This document shows, one piece after another, positions 53,730 to 62,711 of a stretch of DNA of 62,711 nucleotides. Each line of letters begins with the position of its first letter. The stretch's first letter is position 1. The notes under the pieces were generated by a model. It had not been told where the DNA came from, searched no databases, and saw only the letters and a list, made by a program, of their open reading frames with translations. The stretch comes from Tissierellales bacterium (lineage in GTDB: Bacteria > Bacillota > Clostridia > Tissierellales > JASKZW01). Made by a program: the position numbers and the translations under genes. The stretch lies in assembly GCA_030152145.1 (NCBI GenBank), contig JASLIL010000112.1, positions 1 through 62,711 of the forward strand. Reading direction: 5' to 3'.

Positions 53730-55952
53730 ATGAAAAAGGTATTTAAAGAGTTAAAACCATTTAGAGTGACTATTCTTATAATCTTAGGTCTACTTTTTAT
53801 TCAGGCCATGGCTAATCTAGCCCTTCCGGATTATATGTCTAATATAGTAAATATTGGTATTCAACAGGAAGGGTTAGACGAATCTATACCAGAAGCTATA
53901 AGACAGACAGAGATGGAGGATATAGTCCTATTTTTAACAGAAGAGGAAGAATCTATAGTTAAAGAATCCTATAGATTAGTTGGTAAGGAGGCCATAAATA
54001 AAAAAGAAAATAAGATTTACCTGGATAGATTTCCAAATATGGCCAAGGAAAATGTATATGTGTTAAAGAACAAAAACAACCTTGATAAACTAGAGGGTTT
54101 ATTTGATAGGGCCATAGTAGTGAGAAGTTTAATGACCCTAAATGGCAAGGAAAATCCTTTTAAGGATAAAATGAAGAATCTTCCAGAGGGTCTTGGATTT
54201 ACAGATCTTTTAAAGAGTCAGAGCAATGAGAATAGACTTAGAATTCTTGAGGAGATTAACTCAAAAATTGAAGACCTACCAGCCATGTATATTAGGGATG
54301 GTAGCATAAGGTATGTTTCCAATGAGTATAGGGAGTTAGGTGTGGATATAAATAAGGTTCAGAGAAATTATATATTAAAGATGGGTGCTTTTATGCTCTT
54401 AATATCTCTTTTGGCCATGGCTACATCAATAATTGTAGGACTTCTATCCTCAAAGACAGCTAATGGATTTGCTAAAAATCTAAGGGATAAGGTCTTTAAA
54501 AAGGTTGCAGAATTTTCTAATGAAGAATTCAATAATTTTTCAACAGCTTCTTTGATAACTAGAAGTACCAATGATATTCAACAAATACAGAATTTTACAT
54601 CAATGACTTTGAAGATGGTCTTCTTTGCTCCAATTCTAGGTATTGGTGGTATTATAAGGGCTCTTCAAACTAATGTTTCTATGGCTTGGATTGTAGGTTT
54701 AGGAGTTTTAATCATAAGTCTTTTTGTAATAGTATTATTTATATTTGCGACTCCTCTTTTCAAAAAGTCTCAGAAGTTTGTAGACAGATTAAATTTGGTT
54801 ACTCGTGAGTCTCTAACAGGTATGTTGGTTATTAGGGCTTTTAATAATCAGGCTTTTGAAGAAGAGAAGTTTAAGGGTGTAAATAAAGAACTTACAGGAA
54901 CCCATTTAAAGATATCTAGAATAATGATAGCTATGATGCCGGGTATGCAACTTTTAATGAATGCTATAGTGCTTTTAATTTTCTGGGTGGGAGCTAAGGA
55001 AATAGATAAGGCAAATATTCAGGTTGGTGACATGATGGCTTTTATCCAATATGCAATGCAGATAATAATGTCCTTTTTAATGCTTTCAATGGTTTCCATA
55101 ATCATGCCTAGGGCTATGGTTTCAATTCAGAGGGTTGAGGAGCTATTGGCAACAGATGTTAAGATAAAGGATCCTATAGATCCTAGAAGTCTAGATAAAC
55201 TAGATGGAGTAGTAGAGTTTGATAAAGTTAGCTTTAAATATCCTGCTGGGGATGACTATGTTCTTAAAGACCTTAGGTTTAAGGCATTTCCTGGAGAGAT
55301 GACAGCTTTTATAGGAAGTACTGGAAGTGGTAAAACAAGTTTAGTAAATTTAATACCAAGACTTTATGATGTTAGTGAAGGTAGTGTAAAGATAGATGGT
55401 GTTGATGTGAGGGATATAAACCTTAAGGATTTAAGATCTATAATAGGCTATGTTCCTCAACAGGCTCTTTTATTTTCAGGAACTATAGATAGTAATATAA
55501 AGTATGGTAAAAATCAAGGTATTAGCCAGAATCAAATGGAAAAGGCTATAGAGATAGCTCAGGCTGAGGACTTTGTCTTGGATTATGAAAAGGGCTATGA
55601 CAGCCCTATATCTCAGGGAGGTAGTAATGTTTCTGGAGGTCAGAGACAAAGACTTTCAATAGCTCGTGCCATTGCCTCTAAACCTAGAATACTGATTTTT
55701 GATGATTCTTTTTCTGCTCTAGACTTTAAGACAGACAAGGCCCTAAGAAATAGCTTAAAGGAGAATTTTTCTGATTCTACAATTCTAGTAGTTGCACAAA
55801 GGATTAATACTATTAAGGATGCAGAAAATATAATAGTTCTTGATGAAGGCAGAATTGTTGGATCTGGTAGCCATAGGGAGTTACTAGAAAAATGTAAGGT
55901 TTACCAACAGATTGCTATGTCACAGCTATCAGAGGAGGAACTGGGAATATGA
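53730..55952 (+). CDS. ABC exporter permease/ATPase fusion, subunit with the degenerate ATP site
   Basis: Walker A GSTGSGKTS, signature VSGGQRQRLS, Walker B ILIFDD followed by S (no catalytic Glu), switch region VAQR (Gln for His). ~165-aa insertion after TM1. Confidence 0.85.
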   Translation: MKKVFKELKPFRVTILIILGLLFIQAMANLALPDYMSNIVNIGIQQEGLDESIPEAIRQTEMEDIVLFLTEEEESIVKESYRLVGKEAINKKENKIYLDRFPNMAKENVYVLKNKNNLDKLEGLFDRAIVVRSLMTLNGKENPFKDKMKNLPEGLGFTDLLKSQSNENRLRILEEINSKIEDLPAMYIRDGSIRYVSNEYRELGVDINKVQRNYILKMGAFMLLISLLAMATSIIVGLLSSKTANGFAKNLRDKVFKKVAEFSNEEFNNFSTASLITRSTNDIQQIQNFTSMTLKMVFFAPILGIGGIIRALQTNVSMAWIVGLGVLIISLFVIVLFIFATPLFKKSQKFVDRLNLVTRESLTGMLVIRAFNNQAFEEEKFKGVNKELTGTHLKISRIMIAMMPGMQLLMNAIVLLIFWVGAKEIDKANIQVGDMMAFIQYAMQIIMSFLMLSMVSIIMPRAMVSIQRVEELLATDVKIKDPIDPRSLDKLDGVVEFDKVSFKYPAGDDYVLKDLRFKAFPGEMTAFIGSTGSGKTSLVNLIPRLYDVSEGSVKIDGVDVRDINLKDLRSIIGYVPQQALLFSGTIDSNIKYGKNQGISQNQMEKAIEIAQAEDFVLDYEKGYDSPISQGGSNVSGGQRQRLSIARAIASKPRILIFDDSFSALDFKTDKALRNSLKENFSDSTILVVAQRINTIKDAENIIVLDEGRIVGSGSHRELLEKCKVYQQIAMSQLSEEELGI

Positions 55953-57802
55953 AAGAAATAAAAGATAAAAATAGAAATAAAAATACGAAGAATAATCCTG
56001 GGCCTGGTGGTGGAGGTTTTAAAGGACCTGGCGAAAAACCTAAGAACTTCAAGTCTACAGCCAGAAAGCTTTTGGATAGCCTAAAACCTTATAAGTTTAA
56101 ACTGATTATGGTTATAATTTTCGCTATAGGTAGCACAGTCTTCTCTATAGTGGGACCTAAGATCATAGGGGACATGACCAGTCTAATATTTGAGGGAATA
56201 GTAAGCAAGTTACAAGGCCTGGGAGGTATGGATTTTGATAGGATAAGATCTATAATTATGAAGCTAGTTGGACTTTACCTAGTATCAGCAGGTCTAGCAT
56301 ATATTCAAGGCTTTATAATAACTGGTGTAGCTCAGAAATTCTCTTATAAGTTAAGGGAGGATGTATCTAAGAAGATAAACAAAATACCCTTAAGCTACTT
56401 TGACAAGGTTAGTTATGGCGATGTTCTATCTCGTGTCACTAATGATATAGATACAGTCAGCCAAACTCTAAACCAAAGTTTAAGTCAGATTATAACTTCT
56501 GTTATAACTTTACTTGGTATCCTTGTAATGATGATATCCATATCCTTTAGGATGACCTTGGTTTCTATATTGGTAATACCTCTATCTATGGGACTGATTA
56601 TGGCAGTAATAAAGAAGTCTCAAGGATACTTTACGGCACAACAGAAGACCTTGGGAGAGGTAAATGGTCATATAGAAGAAGTTTATGGTGGGCATAATGT
56701 TATGAAGGCCTTTAACGGAGAGGCTCAGGAACTGGAGAAATTCAATCATATAAATGAAAAGCTTTATGATGCAGGCTGGAAGGCCATGTTTCTATCAGGA
56801 CTAATGCAGCCTATAATGGCTTTTGTAGGTAATATAGGATATGTTTTAGTTTCTGTAGTAGGTGCCTGGTTTACTGTTCAGGGCGTTATAAAGGTGGGTC
56901 ATATTCTTTCTTTTATACAGTATACTAGAAGCTTTAATCAGCCTATAGCCCAGGTAGCTCAGATAAGTAATGTTTTACAATCTACTATAGCTGCAGCAGA
57001 AAGGGTTTATGAATTCCTTGAGGAGGAAGAGGAAGTAGAAGTGACTAATCCCCTTAAACTAGATCAGCCTATAAGAGGTGAAGTTGAGTTTAAGGATATT
57101 AAATTTGGATACGATGAAGATACTATTATTATAGATAAGTTTTCTCAAAAGGTAGCACCAGGACAGAAGGTTGCTATAGTTGGACCTACAGGTGGTGGAA
57201 AAACCACTATAATAAAACTATTGATGAGATTTTATGATGTAGACCAAGGTGCTATCCTGATAGATGGTCATAATATAAAGGATTTTACAAGGCAGGATTT
57301 GAGAAGTAACTTTGGTATGGTATTACAGGATACCTGGTTATTCTCTGGCAGCATAAGGGATAATATCAGGTATGGTAGGCTAGATGCCAGTGATGAGGAA
57401 ATAGTAGAGGCTAGTAAATTAGCCTATGCTGATGGTTTTATAAGGACTATGCCTGATGGTTATGATATGTTAATAAATGAAGAAGCAGATAATATATCTC
57501 AGGGACAAAAGCAACTTTTAACCATAGCCCGTGCTTTAATATCAGATCCTAAGATCTTGATTTTAGATGAGGCAACATCTTCAGTAGATACTAGGACTGA
57601 GGCCTTGATTCAAAAGGGCATGGAGAATTTAATGGAGGGCAGAACCTCCTTTATAATAGCCCATAGATTATCTACCATAAGAGATGCAGACCTTATTTTG
57701 GTCCTAAAGGATGGAGAGATTATAGAAAGAGGTAATCATGAGGAACTTCTGGCCAAGAAGGGCTTCTATGAGGAACTTTACAATAGTCAATTCAGCCAGT
57801 AA
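55949..57802 (+). CDS. ABC exporter permease/ATPase fusion, consensus-site subunit
   Basis: Walker A GPTGGGKTT, deviant signature ISQGQKQLLT, Walker B ILILDEATS, H-loop IAHRLSTI. 4-nt overlap with the upstream gene. Confidence 0.85.
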   Translation: MKEIKDKNRNKNTKNNPGPGGGGFKGPGEKPKNFKSTARKLLDSLKPYKFKLIMVIIFAIGSTVFSIVGPKIIGDMTSLIFEGIVSKLQGLGGMDFDRIRSIIMKLVGLYLVSAGLAYIQGFIITGVAQKFSYKLREDVSKKINKIPLSYFDKVSYGDVLSRVTNDIDTVSQTLNQSLSQIITSVITLLGILVMMISISFRMTLVSILVIPLSMGLIMAVIKKSQGYFTAQQKTLGEVNGHIEEVYGGHNVMKAFNGEAQELEKFNHINEKLYDAGWKAMFLSGLMQPIMAFVGNIGYVLVSVVGAWFTVQGVIKVGHILSFIQYTRSFNQPIAQVAQISNVLQSTIAAAERVYEFLEEEEEVEVTNPLKLDQPIRGEVEFKDIKFGYDEDTIIIDKFSQKVAPGQKVAIVGPTGGGKTTIIKLLMRFYDVDQGAILIDGHNIKDFTRQDLRSNFGMVLQDTWLFSGSIRDNIRYGRLDASDEEIVEASKLAYADGFIRTMPDGYDMLINEEADNISQGQKQLLTIARALISDPKILILDEATSSVDTRTEALIQKGMENLMEGRTSFIIAHRLSTIRDADLILVLKDGEIIERGNHEELLAKKGFYEELYNSQFSQ

Positions 57803-57828
57803 AAGAAAGCCCTAGGGCTTTCTTTTAT
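57802..57828 (+). terminator. Rho-independent terminator
   Basis: AAAGAAAGCC-CTAG-GGCTTTCTTT, then TATT. Confidence 0.8.
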
Positions 57829-57955
57829 TATATAGATATATTTAAAAGTTAATCCCTTAGATAGAAATATTCTATTCCCATAATAATAGATGTATTTTAT
57901 AGGCTTTTTTTATATAATGTATCTTGAGAGGAAATAAATAAGGAAGGAGTTTCAT

Positions 57956-58225
57956 ATGGAAAAAAATATACTGTGTATAGATGGGTCTCTAGAGTACATG
58001 GGATTTTTACCAGTGGATCTTTTCAAGTCTAAAGCTATGGCTTTCATAGAGGAGAATGAAATAGAGACAGGGAAATTTACCTGTAGGGAAGGTGATAGGC
58101 ACCAGTTGGATCTGGAATTAGAGCTACATATAGAAAGGTCAGATAGGGATAGGGTAGAGCAACTTTTTATCCACTTTATAGAAAAAAACAACTGGCTTTT
58201 TAGTGGGGGGACAGATTTTTTATAA
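57956..58225 (+). CDS. hypothetical small protein
   Basis: Good SD (AAGGAAGGAG) 7 nt upstream. 89 aa. No recognisable motif. Confidence 0.45.
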   Translation: MEKNILCIDGSLEYMGFLPVDLFKSKAMAFIEENEIETGKFTCREGDRHQLDLELELHIERSDRDRVEQLFIHFIEKNNWLFSGGTDFL

Positions 58226-58248
58226 ATAATACTAGTTTGGTAACATTT

Positions 58249-58262
58249 GTTACAGATTTTAA
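58249..58262. promoter_or_regulatory. GTAAC-N4-GTTAC palindrome, candidate Crp/Fnr-family (HcpR-type) site
   Basis: GTAAC ATTT GTTAC, centred ~50 nt upstream of the hcp ATG. Confidence 0.5.
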
Positions 58263-58305
58263 ACTTATTAAGGAATAATATATATAGAGAAGGAGGGATT
58301 TAGAT

Positions 58306-59943
58306 ATGTTTTGTTTTCAATGTCAAGAAGCAGCAAATGGAAAGGGATGCACTAAGTTAGGTGTTTGTGGTAAGACCAGCAGTCTGGCAGAACTCCAGGA
58401 TATCTTAATCTACATTACCAAGGAAATTTCAAGTTTGGGAACTTATTTAGATATGAATGGAATAGTAATAGAAGAGATGGATAGGTTTATAGTTGAGAAT
58501 TTATTTATGACTGTTACCAATGCCAACTTTGATGAAGAAAGATTTATGGAGAGAATTAGGGAGAGCTTGGTTTATGAAGAAACCATAAAGGAAGTTTTAA
58601 GAAGTCAGGAACTTCTAGAAGGTGAGTTGGAAGGCCCCCTACTTTCCATAGATCAGTCTGGGGAGATAGTAGTTAATAGGTCTAATCCTAAACTAGGAGT
58701 ACTGGCTGAGGAAAATGAAGACCTAAGATCTCTTAAGGAATTGATTATATATGGTCTTAAGGGAATAGCAGCCTACTATGAACATGTTTTAAATATGGGC
58801 TATGAGGATCCAGAAATCTTACAGTTCATAAGATTTACCCTATCAGAAACCCTTAGGGATGGGATTACAGAGGAAGAACTAATAGGGCTAACCCTTAAAA
58901 CTGGTAGCTACGGAGTTAATGTTATGGCCTTATTGGACAGGGCCCACAATGAAACTTTTGGCATGCCAGAGATTACAGAGGTTGAGATTGGCGTTGGCAC
59001 TAGGCCAGGAATACTTATATCTGGCCATGACCTAGTGGACTTTAAGGAACTTTTAGAACAATCAAAGGACAGTGGAGTAGACATATATACCCATGGGGAA
59101 ATGCTACCAGGCCACTACTATCCAGAGTTAAAGAAATATGATCACCTAGTAGGAAACTATGGAAATGCCTGGTGGAAGCAAAGGGAAGAGTTTGAAAGCT
59201 TCAATGGACCTATACTATTTACAACCAACTGTATAGTTCCTCCAAAGGATAGTTACAAGGACAAGGTCTTTACTACAGGAAGCTCTGGCTACCCAGGATT
59301 TAAGCACATAGTAGCAAACAGTAAAAATAAGAAGGATTTTTCAGAGCTTATAGAACTAGCTAAGAAACAGGCCCCGCCTAGAGCTATAGAAGAGGGAAAG
59401 ATAGTAGGTGGATTTGGCCACGGACAGGTTAGTCTTCTAGCTGATGACATAGTTAGGTTGGTTAAGGAAGGAAAGATTAGAAAGTTTGTAGTTATGGCAG
59501 GCTGTGATGGTAGAATGAAGTCCAGAGACTACTATGAGGACTTTGCCAAATCCCTAGCCAAGGATACGGTAATCCTAACTGCAGGATGTGCAAAGTACAG
59601 GTACAATAAGTTAGATTTAGGAGATATTGAGGGAGTTCCTAGGGTTTTAGATGCAGGTCAATGTAATGACTCCTTCTCCCTGGTTATGATAGCCTTAAAA
59701 CTTAAGGAGGCCTTTGGTTTAGACAACCTAAATGACCTTCCTATAGTTTACAATATAGCCTGGTATGAGCAAAAGGCAGTTATAGTTCTTCTTGCTCTTT
59801 TATATCTGGGAGTTAAGAATATTCACCTAGGACCAAGTCTACCAGCCTTCCTATCAGAGAATATAGTTGATTTTCTAGTAGAAAACTTTGGAATAGCTGG
59901 CATAGGCCAGGTAGAAGAAGACATAAAGGCCTTTGGCCTATAG
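58306..59943 (+). CDS. hcp: hydroxylamine reductase / hybrid-cluster protein
   Basis: N-terminal Cys cluster [21 protein letters not shown]. Later GHD, CAKYR and GQCND motifs. Confidence 0.9.
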   Translation: MFCFQCQEAANGKGCTKLGVCGKTSSLAELQDILIYITKEISSLGTYLDMNGIVIEEMDRFIVENLFMTVTNANFDEERFMERIRESLVYEETIKEVLRSQELLEGELEGPLLSIDQSGEIVVNRSNPKLGVLAEENEDLRSLKELIIYGLKGIAAYYEHVLNMGYEDPEILQFIRFTLSETLRDGITEEELIGLTLKTGSYGVNVMALLDRAHNETFGMPEITEVEIGVGTRPGILISGHDLVDFKELLEQSKDSGVDIYTHGEMLPGHYYPELKKYDHLVGNYGNAWWKQREEFESFNGPILFTTNCIVPPKDSYKDKVFTTGSSGYPGFKHIVANSKNKKDFSELIELAKKQAPPRAIEEGKIVGGFGHGQVSLLADDIVRLVKEGKIRKFVVMAGCDGRMKSRDYYEDFAKSLAKDTVILTAGCAKYRYNKLDLGDIEGVPRVLDAGQCNDSFSLVMIALKLKEAFGLDNLNDLPIVYNIAWYEQKAVIVLLALLYLGVKNIHLGPSLPAFLSENIVDFLVENFGIAGIGQVEEDIKAFGL

Positions 59944-59952
59944 TATAGAAGA

Positions 59953-59987
59953 GTAAAACTCCAGGGCTTGGGCTTGGAGTTTTTTAC
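59953..59987 (+). terminator. Rho-independent terminator
   Basis: AAAACTCCAGG...CTTGGAGTTTT stem, then TTAC. Confidence 0.75.
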
Positions 59988-60012
59988 TTCTGGATTTAGG
60001 GCTTAGCTACTG

Positions 60013-60041
60013 TTGACTTAAGGCCTAAAGTCCTATATTTT
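60013..60041 (+). promoter_or_regulatory. candidate promoter of the SLH-protein gene
   Basis: TTGACT (60013-60018), then TATATT after 15 nt or TATTTT after 17 nt. Confidence 0.45.
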
Positions 60042-60070
60042 AGTAGTAGGGATTAGATTGGAGTGGTTTT

Positions 60071-60925
60071 ATGAAAAAACTTCTGGTGGCCTTAATAATT
60101 TTCACAAGCCTTATAAGTGTCAACCCAGTAGAGGCCAGTGACTACGGAAGTCATTGGGCCAGGGAGACTATAGAGTATTGGCTTGAGGAAGGCTATATAG
60201 ACTTAGACTATAAGGGTAATTTCTACCCTGACAAGTATATTACGAGAGCAGAGTTTGTAAGGATAGTAAACAGGGCCTTTGATATTCATGAAGGCTTGGC
60301 AGAAGTTGACTTTAAGGATCTTTCAAGAACTTCAAACTTCTACGAAGACATAGGCATAGCCTACAAATTTGGTTATATAAGAGGATATAAGGATGGAACA
60401 TTTAGACCTGATCAGCCTATAAAAAGAGTGGAGGCTGCTAGTATTATAGCTGAAGTTTTAGGGATTAAGGAATTTTATAATAGGGAACTGGATTTTTTAG
60501 ACAGGGAGTCCATAGGATCCTGGGGCAGGCCTAAGTTGGCTTTCTTAGTGGATAAGGAGGCTATCATAGGCTATCCAGACGGAAATTTTAGGCCGAATAA
60601 TCTGGTTACAAGGGCTGAGGCTGTAACTATGCTTAGGAAGATTCATGACCTTTCTAGCCAAGGAGAATCTCTGGAGTTAAGGACTGTTTCAAATGATGGC
60701 TATTTTTTAGAATCTAGAATTAAGCTATATGATGAAAAGGGCCAACTTATACTTGAAGATATAACAGATAAGGATGGCTATATTTCCCTGGAACTAGAGG
60801 AGGGAAGGTATTTGATCCTGGTGGAAAGCCTGGATAAAACTTATTCCAACCTAGAGGAATTTAGAGTTAGAAAGGGGTATAGAACCTTTATGGACTTGAT
60901 CTTAAGAAAGAAAATTTTAGCATAA
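60071..60925 (+). CDS. S-layer-homology (SLH) domain cell-wall protein
   Basis: Signal peptide. Three SLH-like repeats (NFYPDKYITRAEFVRIV, GTFRPDQPIKRVEAASII, GNFRPNNLVTRAEAVTML). C-terminal beta-sandwich-like segment. Confidence 0.8.
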   Translation: MKKLLVALIIFTSLISVNPVEASDYGSHWARETIEYWLEEGYIDLDYKGNFYPDKYITRAEFVRIVNRAFDIHEGLAEVDFKDLSRTSNFYEDIGIAYKFGYIRGYKDGTFRPDQPIKRVEAASIIAEVLGIKEFYNRELDFLDRESIGSWGRPKLAFLVDKEAIIGYPDGNFRPNNLVTRAEAVTMLRKIHDLSSQGESLELRTVSNDGYFLESRIKLYDEKGQLILEDITDKDGYISLELEEGRYLILVESLDKTYSNLEEFRVRKGYRTFMDLILRKKILA

Positions 60926-60928
60926 AAA

Positions 60929-60958
60929 AAGATTGGGCTGGCCCAATCTTATTTTTTT
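60929..60958. terminator. bidirectional terminator between convergent genes
   Basis: AAGATTGGG-CTGG-CCCAATCTT flanked by A7 and T7. Confidence 0.8.
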
Positions 60959-62370
60959 ATTAAATTCGTCTCAAGGTCTTCAAGAGCAACAAAGCTCTTG
61001 TCCTTTAGGTTTAAATAGCCAAATTTCAAGTCATCTTTCTTCTTTCCATTCCTAATTCCTACAAACTGATAGCCATAGGGCTCTACATTATAGTCTCTTT
61101 TTAAGGTAGATTTAAAGCTGTCATAACCTGATTCCTCTAGTTTTCCTAGTGAATGGCTAACAGAGTCATTTAGGATAACCTCTCCTATATTAGCAGTTTC
61201 ATCTATATGAAGTTTGCCATTCTTGTCTATAACTACCCAGCTAGAATCTTCGCCTAGTGTTTCAGCTAGGGCAAAGCCATCAGTGTTAAAACTAGTTATA
61301 TTTTTATAGGTCTTATCTCCTATAAGCTTACCAGTCCTATCAGCAATAGAACGGCTCTTGTCCTTGTTTTGGATGATCATCCTATCATTACAGATCTTAG
61401 GAGCATAGTCATAGGACTCTAGGCCTAGGGAATCTTCACCTTGTTTTAGCTCATAGATAGTCTCAGAACCTTTCTTCTTGGTACTCCAGTAGATATTATC
61501 TTCATAGCCCTTCTCATCAATAAAGGAAACAAAGTTATTGTCATAGACTGCCTTTTTCTCCAGGTTTTCTAGATCAACTAGTAGATTCAAGGAGTTATCA
61601 AGGCTATAGATTACATCCTTTCCTACAATTCTTGGATTACTTAGGGAACCACTAAACTTCTCCCTGATCTCCTTATGTAGGTTTGTAAGCTTACCGTCTT
61701 TTTCAAAAACATAGCCACCCTGGGTGAAAAGCAGGTCAAAGTCCTTGGAAGCTATATCATAGTCTATCTCCATAGGCAGGTAGAGGTTTAGCTTATTTAG
61801 GTCATCCTCAGAAATAACCTCTTTGTAGACATTATTTCCCTCCCTATCCACAACGCCATGGTAGATATCCTTAGGACTGCCATCTTCCTTAAAGTCCAGG
61901 TTTACAAAGTAGTAGTAGTCCTTATTGAATTTTTCAAGAATTACATACTCTGGCTCAAGAAGCCAGCTGCCATCAATATTTAAAACTCCATAGTAAAGAG
62001 AGTCGTCTTTCTTTAGCTTATTAAGATCATTTCTGTAGACTCCAGCTATTAGCTGATCATCTTCAAAAAAAGAATTTATAGAAAGATTTTCTGGATACTG
62101 GTTAAGGATCTCTCCGTCTAAGCTCATCCTATAGTACTTTCCATTCCTATAGCGATTATCTTCATCTTCTGCCTCCTCCTTATCGTAGACCTTTACCAGA
62201 AGGCTATTGTCATAGTTCAAGTTGTCAATAAAGTATTCATGACCATTTAGGCCTTCCCCTTTAGCCTCAAGACTTTCTGTTTTTATACTTGGGTTTTGAC
62301 TAGTAGAGTTCTTGCATCCTGTTAAGGCCACAGTAAGGCTTATTAACCCTATTAATAACTTTTTTTTCAT
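60949..62370 (-). CDS. lipoprotein with WG-containing (KWG-like) repeats
   Basis: Lipobox LTGC. Repeated x-G-(V/I)-(I/V/L)-(D/N)-x-x-G-x-hydrophobic units (YGVLNIDGSWLLEPEY, HGVVDREGNNVY, WVVIDKNGKLHI, IADRTGKLIG). Confidence 0.6.
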   Translation of the reverse strand: MKKKLLIGLISLTVALTGCKNSTSQNPSIKTESLEAKGEGLNGHEYFIDNLNYDNSLLVKVYDKEEAEDEDNRYRNGKYYRMSLDGEILNQYPENLSINSFFEDDQLIAGVYRNDLNKLKKDDSLYYGVLNIDGSWLLEPEYVILEKFNKDYYYFVNLDFKEDGSPKDIYHGVVDREGNNVYKEVISEDDLNKLNLYLPMEIDYDIASKDFDLLFTQGGYVFEKDGKLTNLHKEIREKFSGSLSNPRIVGKDVIYSLDNSLNLLVDLENLEKKAVYDNNFVSFIDEKGYEDNIYWSTKKKGSETIYELKQGEDSLGLESYDYAPKICNDRMIIQNKDKSRSIADRTGKLIGDKTYKNITSFNTDGFALAETLGEDSSWVVIDKNGKLHIDETANIGEVILNDSVSHSLGKLEESGYDSFKSTLKRDYNVEPYGYQFVGIRNGKKKDDLKFGYLNLKDKSFVALEDLETNLIKK

Positions 62371-62404
62371 AAAATCCCCCTCCTTATATAAATATGATTA
62401 TATC

Positions 62405-62428
62405 ACTTTTCAAATAGATTTGAAAAGT
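62405..62428. promoter_or_regulatory. 10-bp perfect inverted repeat in a divergent promoter region
   Basis: ACTTTTCAAA-TAGA-TTTGAAAAGT. Confidence 0.45.
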
Positions 62429-62583
62429 CAGAATATACTAAGTAATATAGCTACCTATGAAATTAGAGGAGAAATTTTGGCCTCAAGTAGGTATATGAGT
62501 AGAAATAGGGTAAAATATAAGTTAGAATAGAATATAATCTGTAAAATTATGGCAATGTACTTGAAAGAGAAAGGAATTTAAAA

Positions 62584-62711
62584 ATGAGAAACTTTATTGA
62601 ATTTAAGGATGTTAGCAAAATTTACAAGATGGGTGAAGTGGAAATTAAAGCATTGGACAAGATGTCCTTTTCTATAAATAAGGGAGAGTTTGTAATAATA
62701 GTAGGAGCCAG
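62584..62711 (+). CDS. 5' part of an ABC transporter ATP-binding protein (MacB/FtsE-like); runs off the window
   Basis: MRNFIEFKDVSKIYKMGEVEIKALDKMSFSINKGEFVIIVGA leads into Walker A. Confidence 0.75.
   Translation, partial: MRNFIEFKDVSKIYKMGEVEIKALDKMSFSINKGEFVIIVGA

Noticed and set aside
62312-62530. 72-aa plus-strand ORF spanning the lipoprotein start and the intergenic region.
   Set aside because: It overlaps the well-supported minus-strand lipoprotein N-terminus and its SD. It has no SD of its own and no motif.
1-62711. Whole-window scan for CRISPR arrays, tRNA/rRNA genes, transposases, integrases, prophage or defence-system genes, and in-frame TGA (selenoprotein) splits.
   Set aside because: I found none by eye. 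There are no spaced direct-repeat arrays, no GC-rich ~75-nt cloverleaf candidates, no DDE/tyrosine-recombinase-like ORFs, and no same-frame adjacent ORF pairs separated by a single stop. A tRNAscan/Infernal/PADLOC-type run would be needed to exclude them formally.

Overview
This 62.7-kb window is densely coded and looks like ordinary chromosome from a low-GC, probably anaerobic Firmicute. A Clostridia/Tissierellia-like origin is only a guess from gene content and codon style. I support about 63 CDSs, two of them truncated at the window edges. They cover housekeeping functions (rpoD, folA, ung, lepB, purC, ybaK, lipA/lplA, trkAH). There is a TPP-riboswitch-controlled thiM-thiE-HAD-thiD operon. 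Envelope and stress modules include a PdaC-like deacetylase, an ECF-like sigma/anti-sigma pair, a LanFEG/Bcr-like ABC transporter with its own two-component system, a MupG-PTS-HAD operon and a TraX-RR-HK operon. Oxidative and nitrosative stress genes include a large-subunit catalase, hemerythrin, hcp and an FMN reductase. Transporters include a MarR-controlled heterodimeric ABC exporter. I corrected about a dozen ORF-track starts using Shine-Dalgarno placement. By eye I found no rRNA, tRNA, CRISPR array, transposase, integrase or phage genes, and no recognisable defence-system proteins (nucleases, helicases, methylases). I cannot point to a convincing new multi-gene system. The best leads for unexplained biology are: (1) an ORF-free ~0.75-kb stretch at 11.8-12.6 kb; (2) an AT-rich single-gene islet at 42.6-44.2 kb encoding a membrane/coiled-coil protein; (3) a membrane-anchored J-domain protein paired with a zinc-ribbon membrane protein next to lepB; (4) a DUF1576-GNAT bicistron; (5) an rpoD gene whose only well-placed ribosome-binding site points at an ATA codon. 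Several regulatory sites are read directly from the sequence: YtrA-type and MarR-type palindromes, a GTAAC-N4-GTTAC site in front of hcp, and direct repeats in front of the lanFEG-like genes. All family assignments come from motif recognition by eye, not from database searches.
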